A stretch of 64,000 nt of DNA from Nitrosomonadales bacterium (GCA_016235045.1 JACRME010000015.1:3296-67295), one strand, 5' to 3'; numbered from the stretch's first letter, positions 27,382-37,474 are shown. Made by a program: numbers and translations. The notes: generated from the letters alone by a model not told the origin.

Positions 27382-27582
27382 ATGGCAATGAAAATCGACA
27401 TGAATCTGTGTACCGCCTGCGGTGACTGCGAACCGGAGTGCCCGACGGCTTCCATCAGCGGCAAGAAGGGCGTGTTCAAGATCAACGCAAGCGAATGTAC
27501 CGAGTGCGACGGCGAGTACGACAAGCCGCAGTGCGTGAAGATTTGCCCGATCAAGGGTTGCATCACACAAATCGCAGCATAA
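27382..27582 (+). CDS. small 2x[4Fe-4S] ferredoxin (FdxN-like)
   Basis: 66 aa with CTACGDCEPECP and CTECDGEYDKPQCVKICP motifs. RBS CAGGAG. Confidence 0.85.
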   Translation: MAMKIDMNLCTACGDCEPECPTASISGKKGVFKINASECTECDGEYDKPQCVKICPIKGCITQIAA

Positions 27583-27692
27583 GCAACTCCGTCCGTGGTG
27601 CGCCAATCGAGCCATGGACGGACCTATTGAGTAGCACGATTCCATCCGGGCTACGTACTGAAGCAGACAAACGAATACGACGAGGTGACCGT

Positions 27693-28400
27693 ATGAGTAA
27701 CGGAATCATCACAAAGACCGCCGCCCTGCGTATCGCAATGGCAACACGAGTCCTCTCCGAGGTGAATACGGCTGCGCTGGTGGCGAAGCTGGGCGAACAT
27801 CTTGGCCTGCCTGTCACCGAGGAGAAGCTCTCCAAGGTGACCGTGGCCGACCTCAAGCTGATCCTGTCCGGCGAAGAGACTGTCGAACCGGATGTGGACA
27901 GCGCTACCATCAAGCTGGCGGTGCGTCATCTGTGGGGCGAAACCGGCGATGCCGACAACTTGCCGCCCATGGATGCGTACGCCGAAGGCGATATGCCAGG
28001 CAGCCTGCGCGTGGCCGTCGCCTCCAATACCGAAGAAAACCTCGACGGCCATTTTGGCTCGTGCCCGCGCTTCCTGATCTATCAGGTCGGGCGTGACAGC
28101 ATCCGCCTGATCGATGCGCGCTCCACGCTCATCACCGACGATGCCGAAGACAAGAATGTTGCGCGCGCCAAACTGATCGACGATTGCCAGATCGTTTATG
28201 TGCAATCCATCGGCGGTCCGGCCGCAGCCAAGGCTGTGCGCGCCGACATTCATCCGGTGAAGGTGCCGGAAGGCGGCAAGGCCCGCGCCACGCTGCAGCG
28301 CCTGCAAGCCGTGCTCGATGCGCCGCCGCCCTGGCTTGCCAAGATACTCGGCGTGGAAGCGAAATCGCTGAACAAATTCAGCGAGGCGCACGAGGAGTGA
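27693..28400 (+). CDS. nafY: NifY/NafY-type FeMo-cofactor carrier
   Basis: ORF 27438..28400 trimmed to ATG 27693. The C-terminal NifX/NifB-like domain reads LRVAVASNTEENLDGHFGSCPRFLIYQV...CQIVYVQSIGGPAAAKAVRADIHPVKV, preceded by an N-terminal NafY-like helical domain. Confidence 0.75.
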   Translation: MSNGIITKTAALRIAMATRVLSEVNTAALVAKLGEHLGLPVTEEKLSKVTVADLKLILSGEETVEPDVDSATIKLAVRHLWGETGDADNLPPMDAYAEGDMPGSLRVAVASNTEENLDGHFGSCPRFLIYQVGRDSIRLIDARSTLITDDAEDKNVARAKLIDDCQIVYVQSIGGPAAAKAVRADIHPVKVPEGGKARATLQRLQAVLDAPPPWLAKILGVEAKSLNKFSEAHEE

Positions 28401-28404
28401 TCGG

Positions 28405-28677
28405 ATGATCGTCCCCGCAACATTGGAACAAATTGCCAGCGCTGCAACCTCGCTGGGGGATTTGAACGAGCACGCGCTGGAATCGCTCAAACAGAAGTGG
28501 CCGGATTTGCGCTTCACCTTATGCAATGACGACGACATGCCTGCGCGGCTGCCGCCAACGCTGAAGCAGGAAAAATTCAATTTGTATCTGGTGGGGGGCG
28601 GAGAACACTGTCTCAGCCTCACGACGGATCCCGAGCAGGCCATCGGCGTGGTGCTGGCAAGCGTGGACGACTATTGA
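28405..28677 (+). CDS. small nif-linked hypothetical protein
   Basis: 90-aa ORF starting 4 nt after the nafY-like stop. No motif recognised. Confidence 0.5.
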   Translation: MIVPATLEQIASAATSLGDLNEHALESLKQKWPDLRFTLCNDDDMPARLPPTLKQEKFNLYLVGGGEHCLSLTTDPEQAIGVVLASVDDY

Positions 28678-28750
28678 TCCGGCCAGGTAAAGATTGAAGG
28701 CCCGGCTATTGGGCGGCTTGGTGGGATAGGTTCAAACATAATCTGGCGGG

Positions 28751-28812
28751 TTAAAGGTAGGGTGCGCTTGCGCACCAGCTAGCTCTGGTGCGCAAGCGCA
28801 CCCTACCTTTAA
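28751..28812. repeat. REP-D perfect 28-bp-arm palindrome, likely bidirectional terminator
   Basis: TTAAAGGTAGGGTGCGCTTGCGCACCAG-CTAGCT-CTGGTGCGCAAGCGCACCCTACCTTTAA, between convergent genes. Confidence 0.8.
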
Positions 28813-28843
28813 ATGCGAACCTGTCCGCCCGGGACAGCCGCAA

Positions 28844-29308
28844 TTAACTGATCGTCCTGGATACGATACGCGCCGCGATCTCGGCAGCCTTGCCGGTGAA
28901 TTTGGCGCATTGCGCACTTAGTCCTTCCTCGCGAAACATTTCCTGGCCTTCCTGGGTGTTGAGGTCGCACCCCAGCAGCACATGGCATTCGCGCGCGCCG
29001 AATTCCTGTTCGAATTCCTTGATCAGGTTCTGGCTCGCCGTGTAGGAGGCCTGCACGGAATCGCCGGCTTTGGTTCGCCCGAAGGTGAGCCCCATGCCCA
29101 TGATCGCGCCGGAGATTGCGCCGCAAGTTCCGCAAGTGCGGGACATGCCGCCGCAAAATGCGGTTGCGGCCCTGGTCAGGAGGTCGGACTCGACGCCTTG
29201 TGCCTTGGCCAGCGCAAGCACCACGCTCTCTGCGCAATACAGGCCGGAGGCGAAAGACTCTTCGGCCGACTTGCGGACATTCGCTACAAACTCATCAGAA
29301 TTCATCAT
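28844..29308 (-). CDS. C_GCAxxG_C_C family redox-active protein
   Basis: LYCAESVVLAL...FCGGMSRTCGTCGAISGAIMGMG carries the family-defining C-GCAxxG motif and flanking cysteines. Confidence 0.75.
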   Translation of the reverse strand: MMNSDEFVANVRKSAEESFASGLYCAESVVLALAKAQGVESDLLTRAATAFCGGMSRTCGTCGAISGAIMGMGLTFGRTKAGDSVQASYTASQNLIKEFEQEFGARECHVLLGCDLNTQEGQEMFREEGLSAQCAKFTGKAAEIAARIVSRTIS

Positions 29309-29443
29309 TTGAAACTCCTTTGGGGAGTGCGATCAATCGGACTGCATCGCAACCTGGGCGCCAATCTATATCGGCAGAAGGGTATAGGCAAGCAACAAGG
29401 TCTACCTGCTGGCGCAACGGAGCCGACACCCGACAAGCGGTAC

Positions 29444-30091
29444 CTAATTGCTCAGTCCCGGTGTGCTCAAAGCGTCAGGTTCCGTCGCCCTGAATTCGCT
29501 GGTTTCGATGAGGTCGCAAAACAGATCCATGATATTCGGGTCGTACTTGCGGCCGGTTTCACCCTGCATGATGCCCATGACCTCCTCGTGCGTTCTCGAA
29601 CGGTGATAAGCCCTGGTCACGGCCATTGCATCGTAGCTGTCGGCGATGGAGATGATGCGTGCACAGATCGGAATGCCTTCACCCGCGAGTCCGTCCGGAT
29701 ATCCCGACCCGTCGTAATTCTCGTGGTGGTGGCGGATGACCGTGGAAGCTTGTTGCGCTCCCTCCAGTTCCGTCGCGGCAATGATCTTCTCGCCGATTTC
29801 GGCATGTTGCTTCATCTTCTGCCATTCGTATTCATCGAACTGCGCGGGTTTCAACAGAATATGGTCGGGTATGCCGATCTTGCCGATGTCATGGAATGTT
29901 GCCGCGATCTTGAGGGCTTCGAGTTGGCGTTCGGTGAGTCCGCATCGCGCGCCGACCGCCTCGGCAATATCCCGCACCCGGTCTGAATGCAGCCGGGTCA
30001 TTTGATCGCGGTAGCCCAGCGCGACCGACAAAGCCTTGGTGTAGGTATAGAGGGCATTGTATCTGCGGTCTTTCAATTCCATGACGAGCAC
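29444..30091 (-). CDS. stand-alone HD-GYP domain protein (putative c-di-GMP phosphodiesterase)
   Basis: HSDRV...ATFHDIGKIGIPD...HHENYDGSGYPDGL are the HD and GYP signatures. Confidence 0.85.
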   Translation of the reverse strand: MLVMELKDRRYNALYTYTKALSVALGYRDQMTRLHSDRVRDIAEAVGARCGLTERQLEALKIAATFHDIGKIGIPDHILLKPAQFDEYEWQKMKQHAEIGEKIIAATELEGAQQASTVIRHHHENYDGSGYPDGLAGEGIPICARIISIADSYDAMAVTRAYHRSRTHEEVMGIMQGETGRKYDPNIMDLFCDLIETSEFRATEPDALSTPGLSN

Positions 30092-30526
30092 CCCGGAGCA
30101 AAAATTGGCGCGTTTCGGAAAATTGAAACAGGTGATTTGTCGTTTGAATTTTCTTCCTGCATCATGGAATTATCAAGCTCAATGCGAATATGGGATTGGT
30201 TACCCGAGCGCCCGCCCGAGCAAGCTCGGCACAATGCGCTGGTGGAGCGGAACCACAAGCAGCATGTACACCCGACCCAGGAGCGAATATCAGTTTCCGA
30301 AAAGTGAAATTGAATGGGATGGATCGAGTTCAGTGCCGCAGGTCGGGATGGTATAGCCGATTGCCATAGTGCCTGCAGTGTTTTTGGATGGTTTGTCGCG
30401 TCAGACCGCATACAAAACCATCTTGCTCGCGGTTGGTATTCCGGACTTTTCCGCGCGCGGCGCTTTGCGTTTTGCTCCGGGCATGGCAACATGCCCCGGC
30501 TTGATTACAGACAAAAGGTTTTGCAG

Positions 30527-30751
30527 ATGTTAGATACGGAAACAATGGAAGCGCTCGGTGAACTGAAAACGATGGCGGCAAAGAACGGCCTGGACATCGA
30601 TGTGGACCGGATGCTCAAAGACATGGGATATGCCAACCGGATATTGACCGAAATGAGCAACACGCTGGATCAGAAACAGGGCCTGATCGTGCTTTACGTG
30701 ATGAAGCAACTCTGCCTGTACGACGCGTCGGAAGGCATGTCGGAAGGCTAG
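30527..30751 (+). CDS. hypothetical small protein
   Basis: 74 codons from ATG 30527 within ORF 30314..30751. The RBS is weak and there are no motifs. Confidence 0.3.
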   Translation: MLDTETMEALGELKTMAAKNGLDIDVDRMLKDMGYANRILTEMSNTLDQKQGLIVLYVMKQLCLYDASEGMSEG

Positions 30752-30832
30752 AACCCGTACTCCCTCTCCACGCGGCACACGCGCACACGGAACGACTTGT
30801 ACCAATCCTTCCCCGGCCCTGTGTCCGGGATG
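30750..30832 (-). pseudogene. 3'-terminal fragment of an ABM-monooxygenase paralogue
   Basis: About 80% identical at nucleotide level to 31599-31681 (the end of the intact ABM gene). No intact upstream reading frame. Confidence 0.6.
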
Positions 30833-30875
30833 ATTGGAGATTATTCCGCTCCGTTTGACTCGAGAAAATGGCGGA

Positions 30876-31307
30876 TCACCAATTTTCATGGCGCTCTCGG
30901 CGTTCCTGCCGATAGTTGGTCACTTCAAGGCGTATGCCGTCCGGATCGGAAAAATACGTTGCCCAGTAATCGGGCGCATACTCAGGGCAGTTCTTCGCTT
31001 CGGAAGCATCAATGCCGGCATCGCGCAGTTGCGCGTATACAGCAACCACATCTTCAATTGAATTCACTCGCAGGCAGAAATGATGCAGGCCGGGTGAATA
31101 GGGATCATGTGCAGAAGTTGTTCGCGCCGGACGCAGGACATAGCCGAAATGGCGGTTGAAATACTGCACATGCGCATCACCATCCAGCGTGAACCTGTTC
31201 TTCCGGAATCCCAGCGTCCTCAACAAGACCTTGTCATAGAACGCTTCCGATCGCTCCAGATCGGAGACGGCGATGTAGATGTGGTCGATTCCGGTGACTT
31301 CAGGCAT
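30876..31307 (-). CDS. VOC/glyoxalase-bleomycin-resistance family protein
   Basis: IDHIYIAVSDLERSEAFY...GLHHFCLRV...FSDPDGIRLEV is the typical paired beta-alpha-beta-beta-beta VOC signature. Confidence 0.8.
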   Translation of the reverse strand: MPEVTGIDHIYIAVSDLERSEAFYDKVLLRTLGFRKNRFTLDGDAHVQYFNRHFGYVLRPARTTSAHDPYSPGLHHFCLRVNSIEDVVAVYAQLRDAGIDASEAKNCPEYAPDYWATYFSDPDGIRLEVTNYRQERRERHENW

Positions 31308-31329
31308 GGTGCGGCTTGCGAAGGGGCAA

Positions 31330-31479
31330 CTAGAATCCCAAAAGAATCAGCACACCGGCCGCTATGGAGAGGATAGCCATAATCGTGCCCATTCCCGAGA
31401 AACTCAAATGCAGCAGAGGAGCCAGCCCCGTGATGATGAGCCAGATAGCCAATAACAGTACGCCGATGCTTTTTTTCAT
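31330..31479 (-). CDS. 49-aa hydrophobic peptide (two TM segments)
   Basis: Below the ORF-track cutoff. My translation is MKKSIGVLLLAIWLIITGLAPLLHLSFSGMGTIMAILSIAAGVLILLGF, with an AAGGAA RBS. Confidence 0.4.
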   Translation of the reverse strand: MKKSIGVLLLAIWLIITGLAPLLHLSFSGMGTIMAILSIAAGVLILLGF

Positions 31480-31600
31480 GTCAGGATTATTCCTTAAGGT
31501 TGGAGATTGGGAATGATTGAATTCGAGCCGTGACGAAGTGTAGCCAAATCGGCAGAAAATTGTGAGCGGTGCGGCAGAAGGCGTCTCTTCCAGCGCAATG

Positions 31601-31915
31601 CTAAAACCCGTACTCCCTCTCTATGCGGCACACGCGTGCGCGGAAAGACTTGTACCAGTCCTTCGCCCGGCCCTGCGCATGGCGATGCTCGAGATTCTCC
31701 TTCCATGCCTTGATCGCCTCCAGACTTTCCCAGTACGAGACCGTGATGCCCAGTTCCTGCCGTGCGCTTTCCATGCCGAGAAAACCGGGCTGCTTCGCAG
31801 CCAACTCGGCGATGTGCTTCGCCATCACGGCATAGCCGTTGTCGTCCTCGGTGCGGATCGAGGTGAAGATGACAGCGTAGTAGGGTGGTTGTGGAGTTGT
31901 GGCGGCTACAGGCAT
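31601..31915 (-). CDS. antibiotic-biosynthesis-monooxygenase (ABM) domain protein
   Basis: YYAVIFTSIRTE...GFLGMESAR...ITVSYWESLEAIKAWKENLEH is a ferredoxin-like ABM fold signature. Confidence 0.75.
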   Translation of the reverse strand: MPVAATTPQPPYYAVIFTSIRTEDDNGYAVMAKHIAELAAKQPGFLGMESARQELGITVSYWESLEAIKAWKENLEHRHAQGRAKDWYKSFRARVCRIEREYGF

Positions 31916-31939
31916 TTGCGCTCCTTATTTCTGGCAGTG

Positions 31940-32296
31940 TCAGTTCGAACCCGAGTCATTCAATTCGGTTTTCGCAGCGGTCGGCAGTCGTATCTCCATT
32001 TCCAGTGCGGCTATCCCGATATTCACCGTGGCCTTGAGCGAAGCCGGTTGTGCAGACAGTGGCCGGGATTTGAGCTCATCCAGAGCGATTTCAAGGATGG
32101 TGCACATCTGGGCAGTCGAAGCGCGCACGGCTTTTTCATTCAGAGCCTCAGTCATGCTGGATGCTGAATGCGCCAACGACTCCACTCCTCCTTTGACGGA
32201 AGCGGTGACTCCCTCGACCGCATCGTTCGCCTTGGTTGCGACCTGCGTTCCGATCCCTTTGATTTTTTCCAGCATGGTTGTAGCTCCCGTGTCCAT
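31940..32296 (-). CDS. hypothetical protein (Ala/Thr/Ser-rich helical)
   Basis: 118-aa ORF. No motif recognised. Confidence 0.4.
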   Translation of the reverse strand: MDTGATTMLEKIKGIGTQVATKANDAVEGVTASVKGGVESLAHSASSMTEALNEKAVRASTAQMCTILEIALDELKSRPLSAQPASLKATVNIGIAALEMEIRLPTAAKTELNDSGSN

Positions 32297-32479
32297 TTTG
32301 TCAAATATATGTCAGGAAAGTCAGTTTTTAATTTCATCGCTGCCTTTCCCGCCAAATGGTCCCAAGCCGCACCGTACCTGCCCGGACTGGTACGGTCAAT
32401 ATGCCAATCGGCCTATATAGTTTCCTCTGGCCTTTATATTGCTTGTTATCATGGCGACTATTCTTGTGAGGAGTTGGCG

Positions 32480-33244
32480 ATGGGTATTTCCTTGCGCGGC
32501 GCTATCGCCGCAGTCCTGGTGTCTTTCGTTCTGGCGGCTGCTCCAGCGCGCGCCGGAGAGGTGCGCGTGGCGGTCGCTTCGAACTTTTCCACACCGATGG
32601 AGCGCATCGCGGCGCTGTTCCAGAAGGAGCACGGTCATGTGCTGACGGTGAGCCTGGGGTCCAGCGGCAAGTTTTATTCGCAGATCAAGGGCGGGGCGCC
32701 GTTCGATGTGTTGCTGGCCGCGGACGAGGCGATTCCCAAAAAACTGGTGCAGGAAGGGCTGGCGGACGGAGCCTCCCGTTTCACCTATGCGGTGGGCAGG
32801 CTGGTGTTGTGGAGCGTGCAGCCGGGTTTTGTCGATGACAAAGGGTTGGTGCTGAACCGGGGCAATTTCGAGAAACTGGCGATCGCCGATCCCAAGCTCG
32901 CGCCCTACGGCGTGGCGGCGAAAGAGACACTGGAAAAGCTGGTCATGTGGAATGCCATGCAGCGCAAGCTGGTGAAGGGCGAGAACATCACCCAGACTTA
33001 CCAGTTTGTGGCGACCGAGAATGCCGAGCTGGGTTTTATCGCACTGTCGCAGATCATGCACGACGGCAAGGTGAGCGAGGGTTCGTGGTGGCTGGTGCCC
33101 TCCGAGATGCACAAACCGATCAAGCAGGGTGCGGTGCTGTTGACGGCGGCGAAAGACAAAGCGGCATCGCAGGCTTTCCTGACATTCCTGAAGAGCAAGC
33201 AGGCGGCAGCGGTGATGCGCGGGTTCGGTTATGAGTTGCCTTGA
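32480..33244 (+). CDS. modA: molybdate ABC transporter periplasmic binding protein
   Basis: ORF 32168..33244 trimmed to ATG 32480. Signal peptide, then VRVAVASNFSTPMERIAALFQKEHGHVLTVSLGSSGKFYSQIKGGAPFDVLLAAD. Confidence 0.9.
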   Translation: MGISLRGAIAAVLVSFVLAAAPARAGEVRVAVASNFSTPMERIAALFQKEHGHVLTVSLGSSGKFYSQIKGGAPFDVLLAADEAIPKKLVQEGLADGASRFTYAVGRLVLWSVQPGFVDDKGLVLNRGNFEKLAIADPKLAPYGVAAKETLEKLVMWNAMQRKLVKGENITQTYQFVATENAELGFIALSQIMHDGKVSEGSWWLVPSEMHKPIKQGAVLLTAAKDKAASQAFLTFLKSKQAAAVMRGFGYELP

Positions 33245-33254
33245 TAAATCAATC

Positions 33255-33279
33255 CGTCATTCCGGCGCAGGCCGGAATC
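33255..33279. repeat. REP-C palindrome, intact (CGTCATTCCGGCGCAGGCCGGAATC)
   Basis: This is the uninterrupted reference for the disrupted copy at 33350-33435. A related unit lies at 55521-55589. Confidence 0.75.
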
Positions 33280-33361
33280 TAGTTGCAATGAAAATCCGGT
33301 GCAGCAGACGAAACATGTTGTCCCGCTACGCGGTGATGTTTAACCAACTGGATTCCGGCCT

Positions 33362-33421
33362 GATGGAACTACTAGCCATTCGACTAAGCTGGCACACAAC
33401 GCCAGCAAAGTCGCTGGTTAT
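33362..33421 (-). mobile_element. 60-nt hairpin element nested in a REP-C palindrome (copy 2, reverse orientation)
   Basis: GGATTCCGGCC-[60 nt]-GCGCCGGAATGACG. Removing the 60 nt restores the REP-C palindrome. Confidence 0.7.
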
Positions 33422-33457
33422 GCGCCGGAATGACGATGTTTTGGAAATGGTGAAATA

Positions 33458-34147
33458 ATGGAAAGCGGATTGGATCCCGCCGACCTGCAAGCCGTCTGGC
33501 TCACGCTCAAACTCGCGAGCGTGACCACCTTCCTGCTGCTGCTCATCGCCACGCCCCTGGCCTGGTGGCTGGCGCACAGCCGACGCTGGTACAAGGGGTT
33601 CGTCTCCGCGTTGGTGGCGCTGCCGCTGGTGCTGCCGCCCACGGTGCTGGGTTTCTATCTGCTGCTGCTGATGGGGCCGCAGGGTGCGGTGGGTGCGCTG
33701 ACCAAGTCACTGAACCTCGGCACCCTGCCGTTCACCTTCGCCGGACTGGTCATCGGCTCGGTGTTGTTCTCGTTGCCCTTCGCGGTGCAGCCGATCCAGA
33801 ATGCGTTCGAGTCTCTTGGCAAGCGTCCGCTGGAAGTCGCGGCGACTTTGCGCGCGAATGCGTGGGATCGGTTCGTCAGCGTGGCCTTGCCGCTGGCGCG
33901 TCCGGGTTTCCTCACCGCGACCATCCTGGCTTTTGCGCACACGGTCGGCGAGTTCGGCGTGGTGCTGATGCTGGGCGGCAATATCGACGGCGAAACGCGC
34001 GTGCTTTCCGTCGCCATCTATAGTCATGTTGAGGCGATGGAATACGCCCCGGCACATCTGCTGGCGGGTGGCATGGTGCTGTTCTCGTTCATCGTGCTGC
34101 TGGGGCTTTATCTGGCGAGCGGCAAATCGTGGCAGGTGCGCAAATGA
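33458..34147 (+). CDS. modB: molybdate ABC transporter permease
   Basis: 229-aa polytopic protein with an EAA-type loop (...[22 protein letters not shown]...). Confidence 0.9.
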   Translation: MESGLDPADLQAVWLTLKLASVTTFLLLLIATPLAWWLAHSRRWYKGFVSALVALPLVLPPTVLGFYLLLLMGPQGAVGALTKSLNLGTLPFTFAGLVIGSVLFSLPFAVQPIQNAFESLGKRPLEVAATLRANAWDRFVSVALPLARPGFLTATILAFAHTVGEFGVVLMLGGNIDGETRVLSVAIYSHVEAMEYAPAHLLAGGMVLFSFIVLLGLYLASGKSWQVRK

Positions 34148-35217
34148 GCTGGATACGCGTGCACTTCAAGATGCAACTGGACAGCTTCGAGCTGGATGCC
34201 GCGTTCAGCGCGCCGCCGCTCGGCGTCACGGCGCTGTTCGGCCCGTCCGGCTCCGGCAAGACCACGCTGCTGCGCTGCATCGCCGGTCTGGAGCGCACCA
34301 CCGGCTGGCTGCGCGTGAACGGCGAACCGTGGCAGGACGAGAAGACATTCATGCCGGTGCATCAGCGCCCGCTGGGCTATGTGTTCCAGGAAGCCAGCCT
34401 GTTCCCGCACCTGTCGGTGCGCGCCAATCTGGAATACGGCTACAAACGCATCGCACCGTCCGAACGCAAAGTGAAACCGGAACAGGTGGTCGAGTGGCTG
34501 GGGCTGGGCCGCCTCATCGAACGCAAGGACCCCGCGCGACTCTCCGGCGGCGAACGCCAGCGCGTCGCCATTGGCCGCGCACTGCTCACCAGCCCGCGCA
34601 TCCTGCTGATGGACGAACCGCTGTCCGCGCTCGACAGCAACAGCAAGCGGGAGATATTGCCCTACCTGGAGCGCCTGCACCGCGAACTGCAGATTCCGGT
34701 ACTCTACGTCAGCCATGCGATGGACGAGGTGGCGCGGCTGGCCGACCACCTGGTGCTGCTGGAGCAGGGCAAAGTCATCGCCAGCGGCGCATTGCAGGAG
34801 ACGTTGGCGCGGCTCGACCTGCCTACCGCGCATTTCGACGATGCGGGAACGGTGATCGAGGCGGAAGTGGCGCAGCACGACGAGAAGTATCATCTGAGCC
34901 GGCTGGATTTTTCCGGCGGCCATTTGTGGGTGAGCAAGGTGGCCCAACCCTTCGGCACCCGGGTGCGCGCCCGCGTGCTGGCGCGCGACGTGAGCATCGC
35001 CACGCAGGCGCCGCAGGGTTCCAGCATCAACAACATCCTGAATGCACGTATCGAGGAGATACGCGACGAGGGGCCGGACAAGGTGATCGTGCGCATGAAG
35101 GTGGGCGATACGCACAGGCTGCTGTCGCGCATCACGCGCCGCTCGCGCGACAACCTTGGGCTGGTCGCGGGGATGTATGTGTGTGCGCAGGTGAAAAGCA
35201 TCGCGCTGATGGCGTGA
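34144..35217 (+). CDS. modC: molybdate ABC transporter ATPase with C-terminal Mop/TOBE domain
   Basis: Start ATG 34144 overlaps the modB stop (ATGA). Walker [10 protein letters not shown], signature LSGGERQRV, Walker B LLMDEP. The C-terminal TOBE-like region reads ...[13 protein letters not shown]. Confidence 0.9.
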   Translation: MSWIRVHFKMQLDSFELDAAFSAPPLGVTALFGPSGSGKTTLLRCIAGLERTTGWLRVNGEPWQDEKTFMPVHQRPLGYVFQEASLFPHLSVRANLEYGYKRIAPSERKVKPEQVVEWLGLGRLIERKDPARLSGGERQRVAIGRALLTSPRILLMDEPLSALDSNSKREILPYLERLHRELQIPVLYVSHAMDEVARLADHLVLLEQGKVIASGALQETLARLDLPTAHFDDAGTVIEAEVAQHDEKYHLSRLDFSGGHLWVSKVAQPFGTRVRARVLARDVSIATQAPQGSSINNILNARIEEIRDEGPDKVIVRMKVGDTHRLLSRITRRSRDNLGLVAGMYVCAQVKSIALMA

Positions 35218-35221
35218 CAGT

Positions 35222-35283
35222 GGGAGCGCCGACGTCTCGTCGGCAGTTTTCAAGCATCAGCCGACGGGGACGCCGGCGCTGCC
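35222..35283. repeat. REP-3 long hairpin (degenerate copy)
   Basis: GGGAGCGCCGACGTCTCGTCGGCAG...CCGACGGGGACGCCGGCGCTGCC, directly after the modC stop. Confidence 0.65.
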
Positions 35284-35303
35284 ACGAGTTCAAAGAGTGA
35301 GAA

Positions 35304-35756
35304 TTGAATATGATCGAAATTGATTTCGCCACCGCAGACGACGTTCCGCTTCTCGCCGACCTGCTGGCCGAGTTGTTCACGCTGGAGCGGGACTTCAAGC
35401 CGGAACGCGAAAAGCAATTGCGCGGCCTGCAGTGGATATTGGACGAACCGGCGTTGGGCAGGCTGTTCGTGCTGCGCGTCGACGGCAAGGTGGCAGGCAT
35501 GGCCAATGCGCTGATCACGGTCAGCACGGCGGAAGGCGGCCGCGTACTTTTGCTGGAAGACGTGATCGTGGGGCGGGCGCATCGCGGCGGCGGTCTGGGC
35601 AGGCAGTTGATCGAGCATGTGCTGGGCTGGGCCAAGGCGCAGGGCATGACGCGCGTTACCCTGCTGGCCGACCGCAATAACCAGCTCGCCCTCGATTTTT
35701 ACCGCAAGCTCGGTTTCGAGACTTCTCATATGTCGGTGCTGCGTAAAAAACTGTAG
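35304..35756 (+). CDS. GNAT-family N-acetyltransferase
   Basis: ...LEDVIVGRAHRGGGLGRQLIEHVLGWAKAQG...FYRKLGF is the acetyl-CoA binding motif A (R-x-x-G-x-G). Confidence 0.85.
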   Translation: MNMIEIDFATADDVPLLADLLAELFTLERDFKPEREKQLRGLQWILDEPALGRLFVLRVDGKVAGMANALITVSTAEGGRVLLLEDVIVGRAHRGGGLGRQLIEHVLGWAKAQGMTRVTLLADRNNQLALDFYRKLGFETSHMSVLRKKL

Positions 35757-36024
35757 CGCAGATACAACAGCACCGAATTCCGCCTGTTCTGCCCGGTTTT
35801 TCCCGCCTCGTGCCTGTCGCGCGCATTGTCTTGTTTACGTTGGCGATTGCGGGTGGCATGAAAGTGCAGGCCGCGCCTGAGAGGCCGGCTTGGCGCCGGT
35901 TGCCAGGGGGTGCGACAAAATGTCGCATTCCAATTGCGGGTAAATAGAACAACAATCGATGCATGAGTCGTCCGGAATAGATATGCACGCATGGAGCGCT
36001 AGTCAGGGTTCCAGTGCGCTTCAC

Positions 36025-36360
36025 ATGCCATCGAGAAAATCACACCGCGTTTTTGCCTTCCTCGCCATTTGCCTGGCGCTGTTCCTGCTCACCTTCGCCG
36101 ATGCCGCCATGCGGCGCGGGGGCAGTGCCGACGTGTTGGCGACCAGCGAGCGGCTGGTGGCGCAACTGGGCCTGACCGACCTGTGCCTGTTCACCGAAGC
36201 GCGCTATACCCGCCATCCGTCGCAGGCCGACTTGCACAGCGCCTTCCAGGATCACCCCCTGGGTCTCGAACACTTCCCGAGCGGTTCCTTGTTGCCGCCG
36301 CCGAACAACCTTGCCGCCTCTTATGAAAACCTGGATCGGAAAACAACAAGCCCTGATTGA
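36025..36360 (+). CDS. hypothetical exported/anchored protein
   Basis: ORF 35959..36360 trimmed to MPSRKSHRVFAFLAICLALFLLTFADA (signal-like). Its end overlaps the next gene's start. Confidence 0.4.
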   Translation: MPSRKSHRVFAFLAICLALFLLTFADAAMRRGGSADVLATSERLVAQLGLTDLCLFTEARYTRHPSQADLHSAFQDHPLGLEHFPSGSLLPPPNNLAASYENLDRKTTSPD

Positions 36361-37474
36361 TTTCACGTTGTCGTCGTTGTCGCGGCGCAAGCTGAAGAAT
36401 TTCGGCCTGCTGCTGGTATACGCGCTGATTGTGTTTCTGCTGGCCTCGGTGATGCTGTTCACCCATGCGTTGCGCCGCGAGGCCGCGCTGGTGCTGAAGA
36501 ACACGCCCGAGGTCATCGTGCAGCGCATGGTCGCCGGACGCCACGATCTGATCCCGCCCGGTTACATCGAGAAGCTGGGCCGCATCCGTGGCGTGCAGCA
36601 CATCGAAGGGCGGCTGTGGGGTTACTTCTACGATCCCGTGGTCAGGGCCAACTACACCTTCATGGCGCCGACGGCGGGAACCATCAACGAGATTCAGATC
36701 GCAGACAGCGAGATCGTGATCGGTGCCGCCGTGGCGCGCGAACGCGGTCTGGAACATGGCAACCTGATCTCGTTCCGTTCCTACACCGGCAAGCTGTTCG
36801 TGTTCACGGTGGCGTCGGTGCTGCCGCACGATGCCGAACTGGTCAGCGCCGACCTGGTCTTGCTGAACCCCGCCGATTACCGCGCCTTCTTCGGCATTCC
36901 CGCCGACCACTACACCGACATCGCCCTGTCCGTCGCCAATCCGCAGGAAGTGCGCAACATCGCCGCCAAACTTTCCGAGACACTGCCCGACGCGCGCCTG
37001 ATTCTGCGCGAGGAAGTGCTGCGCACCTACGAATCCATTTTCAACTGGCGCGAAGGCATTGTGCTGGTGCTGCTCTCCGGCAGCATTCTCGCCTTCGCCA
37101 TCTTCGCCTGGGAAAAAGCCTCCGGACTGTCTGCCGAAGAGAAACGCGAGATCGGCATACTGAAAGCGATAGGTTGGGAGACCGGCGATGTGCTCAAGAT
37201 GAAATTCTGGGAAGGCGCGCTGGTGTCGCTCACCGCATTCCTGCTCGGTTATGTCGCTGCGTATTGGCACGTGTTCCATTTCTCCACGGCGCTGTTCGAG
37301 CCGGTGCTGAAGGGCTGGTCGGTGCTGTATCCGCGTTTCGAACTGGTGCCGGTGGTGGACGGCTTCCAGGTCGCCACGCTGTTCTTCTTCACCGTCTTCC
37401 CCTACACGGTGGCGACCATCGTGCCGATATGGCGCGCGGCCATCACCGATCCGGATGCGGTGATGCGGGGCTGA
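36323..37474 (+). CDS. FtsX-like ABC transporter permease
   Basis: ATG 36323 (MKTWIGKQQALIDFTLSSLSRRKLKNF...). It has an N-terminal TM helix, a large periplasmic loop and three C-terminal TM helices, typical of the MacB/FtsX family. Confidence 0.8.
   Translation: MKTWIGKQQALIDFTLSSLSRRKLKNFGLLLVYALIVFLLASVMLFTHALRREAALVLKNTPEVIVQRMVAGRHDLIPPGYIEKLGRIRGVQHIEGRLWGYFYDPVVRANYTFMAPTAGTINEIQIADSEIVIGAAVARERGLEHGNLISFRSYTGKLFVFTVASVLPHDAELVSADLVLLNPADYRAFFGIPADHYTDIALSVANPQEVRNIAAKLSETLPDARLILREEVLRTYESIFNWREGIVLVLLSGSILAFAIFAWEKASGLSAEEKREIGILKAIGWETGDVLKMKFWEGALVSLTAFLLGYVAAYWHVFHFSTALFEPVLKGWSVLYPRFELVPVVDGFQVATLFFFTVFPYTVATIVPIWRAAITDPDAVMRG

Noticed and set aside
32413-32440. Possible ModE operator (CTATATA-N14-TTATATT) about 40 nt upstream of modA
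   Set aside because: It is suggestive of TATAT-type ModE half-sites. However, the spacing and flanks do not match the consensus I can recall well enough, and no modE gene is in the window to support it. It is left unannotated.
35854-35868. Sigma-54-like TGGCATGAAAGTGCA upstream of the ABC/NosL operon
   Set aside because: The spacer is one nucleotide short (N4 plus TGCA rather than N5 plus TTGCA). No TGT-N10-ACA lies upstream.
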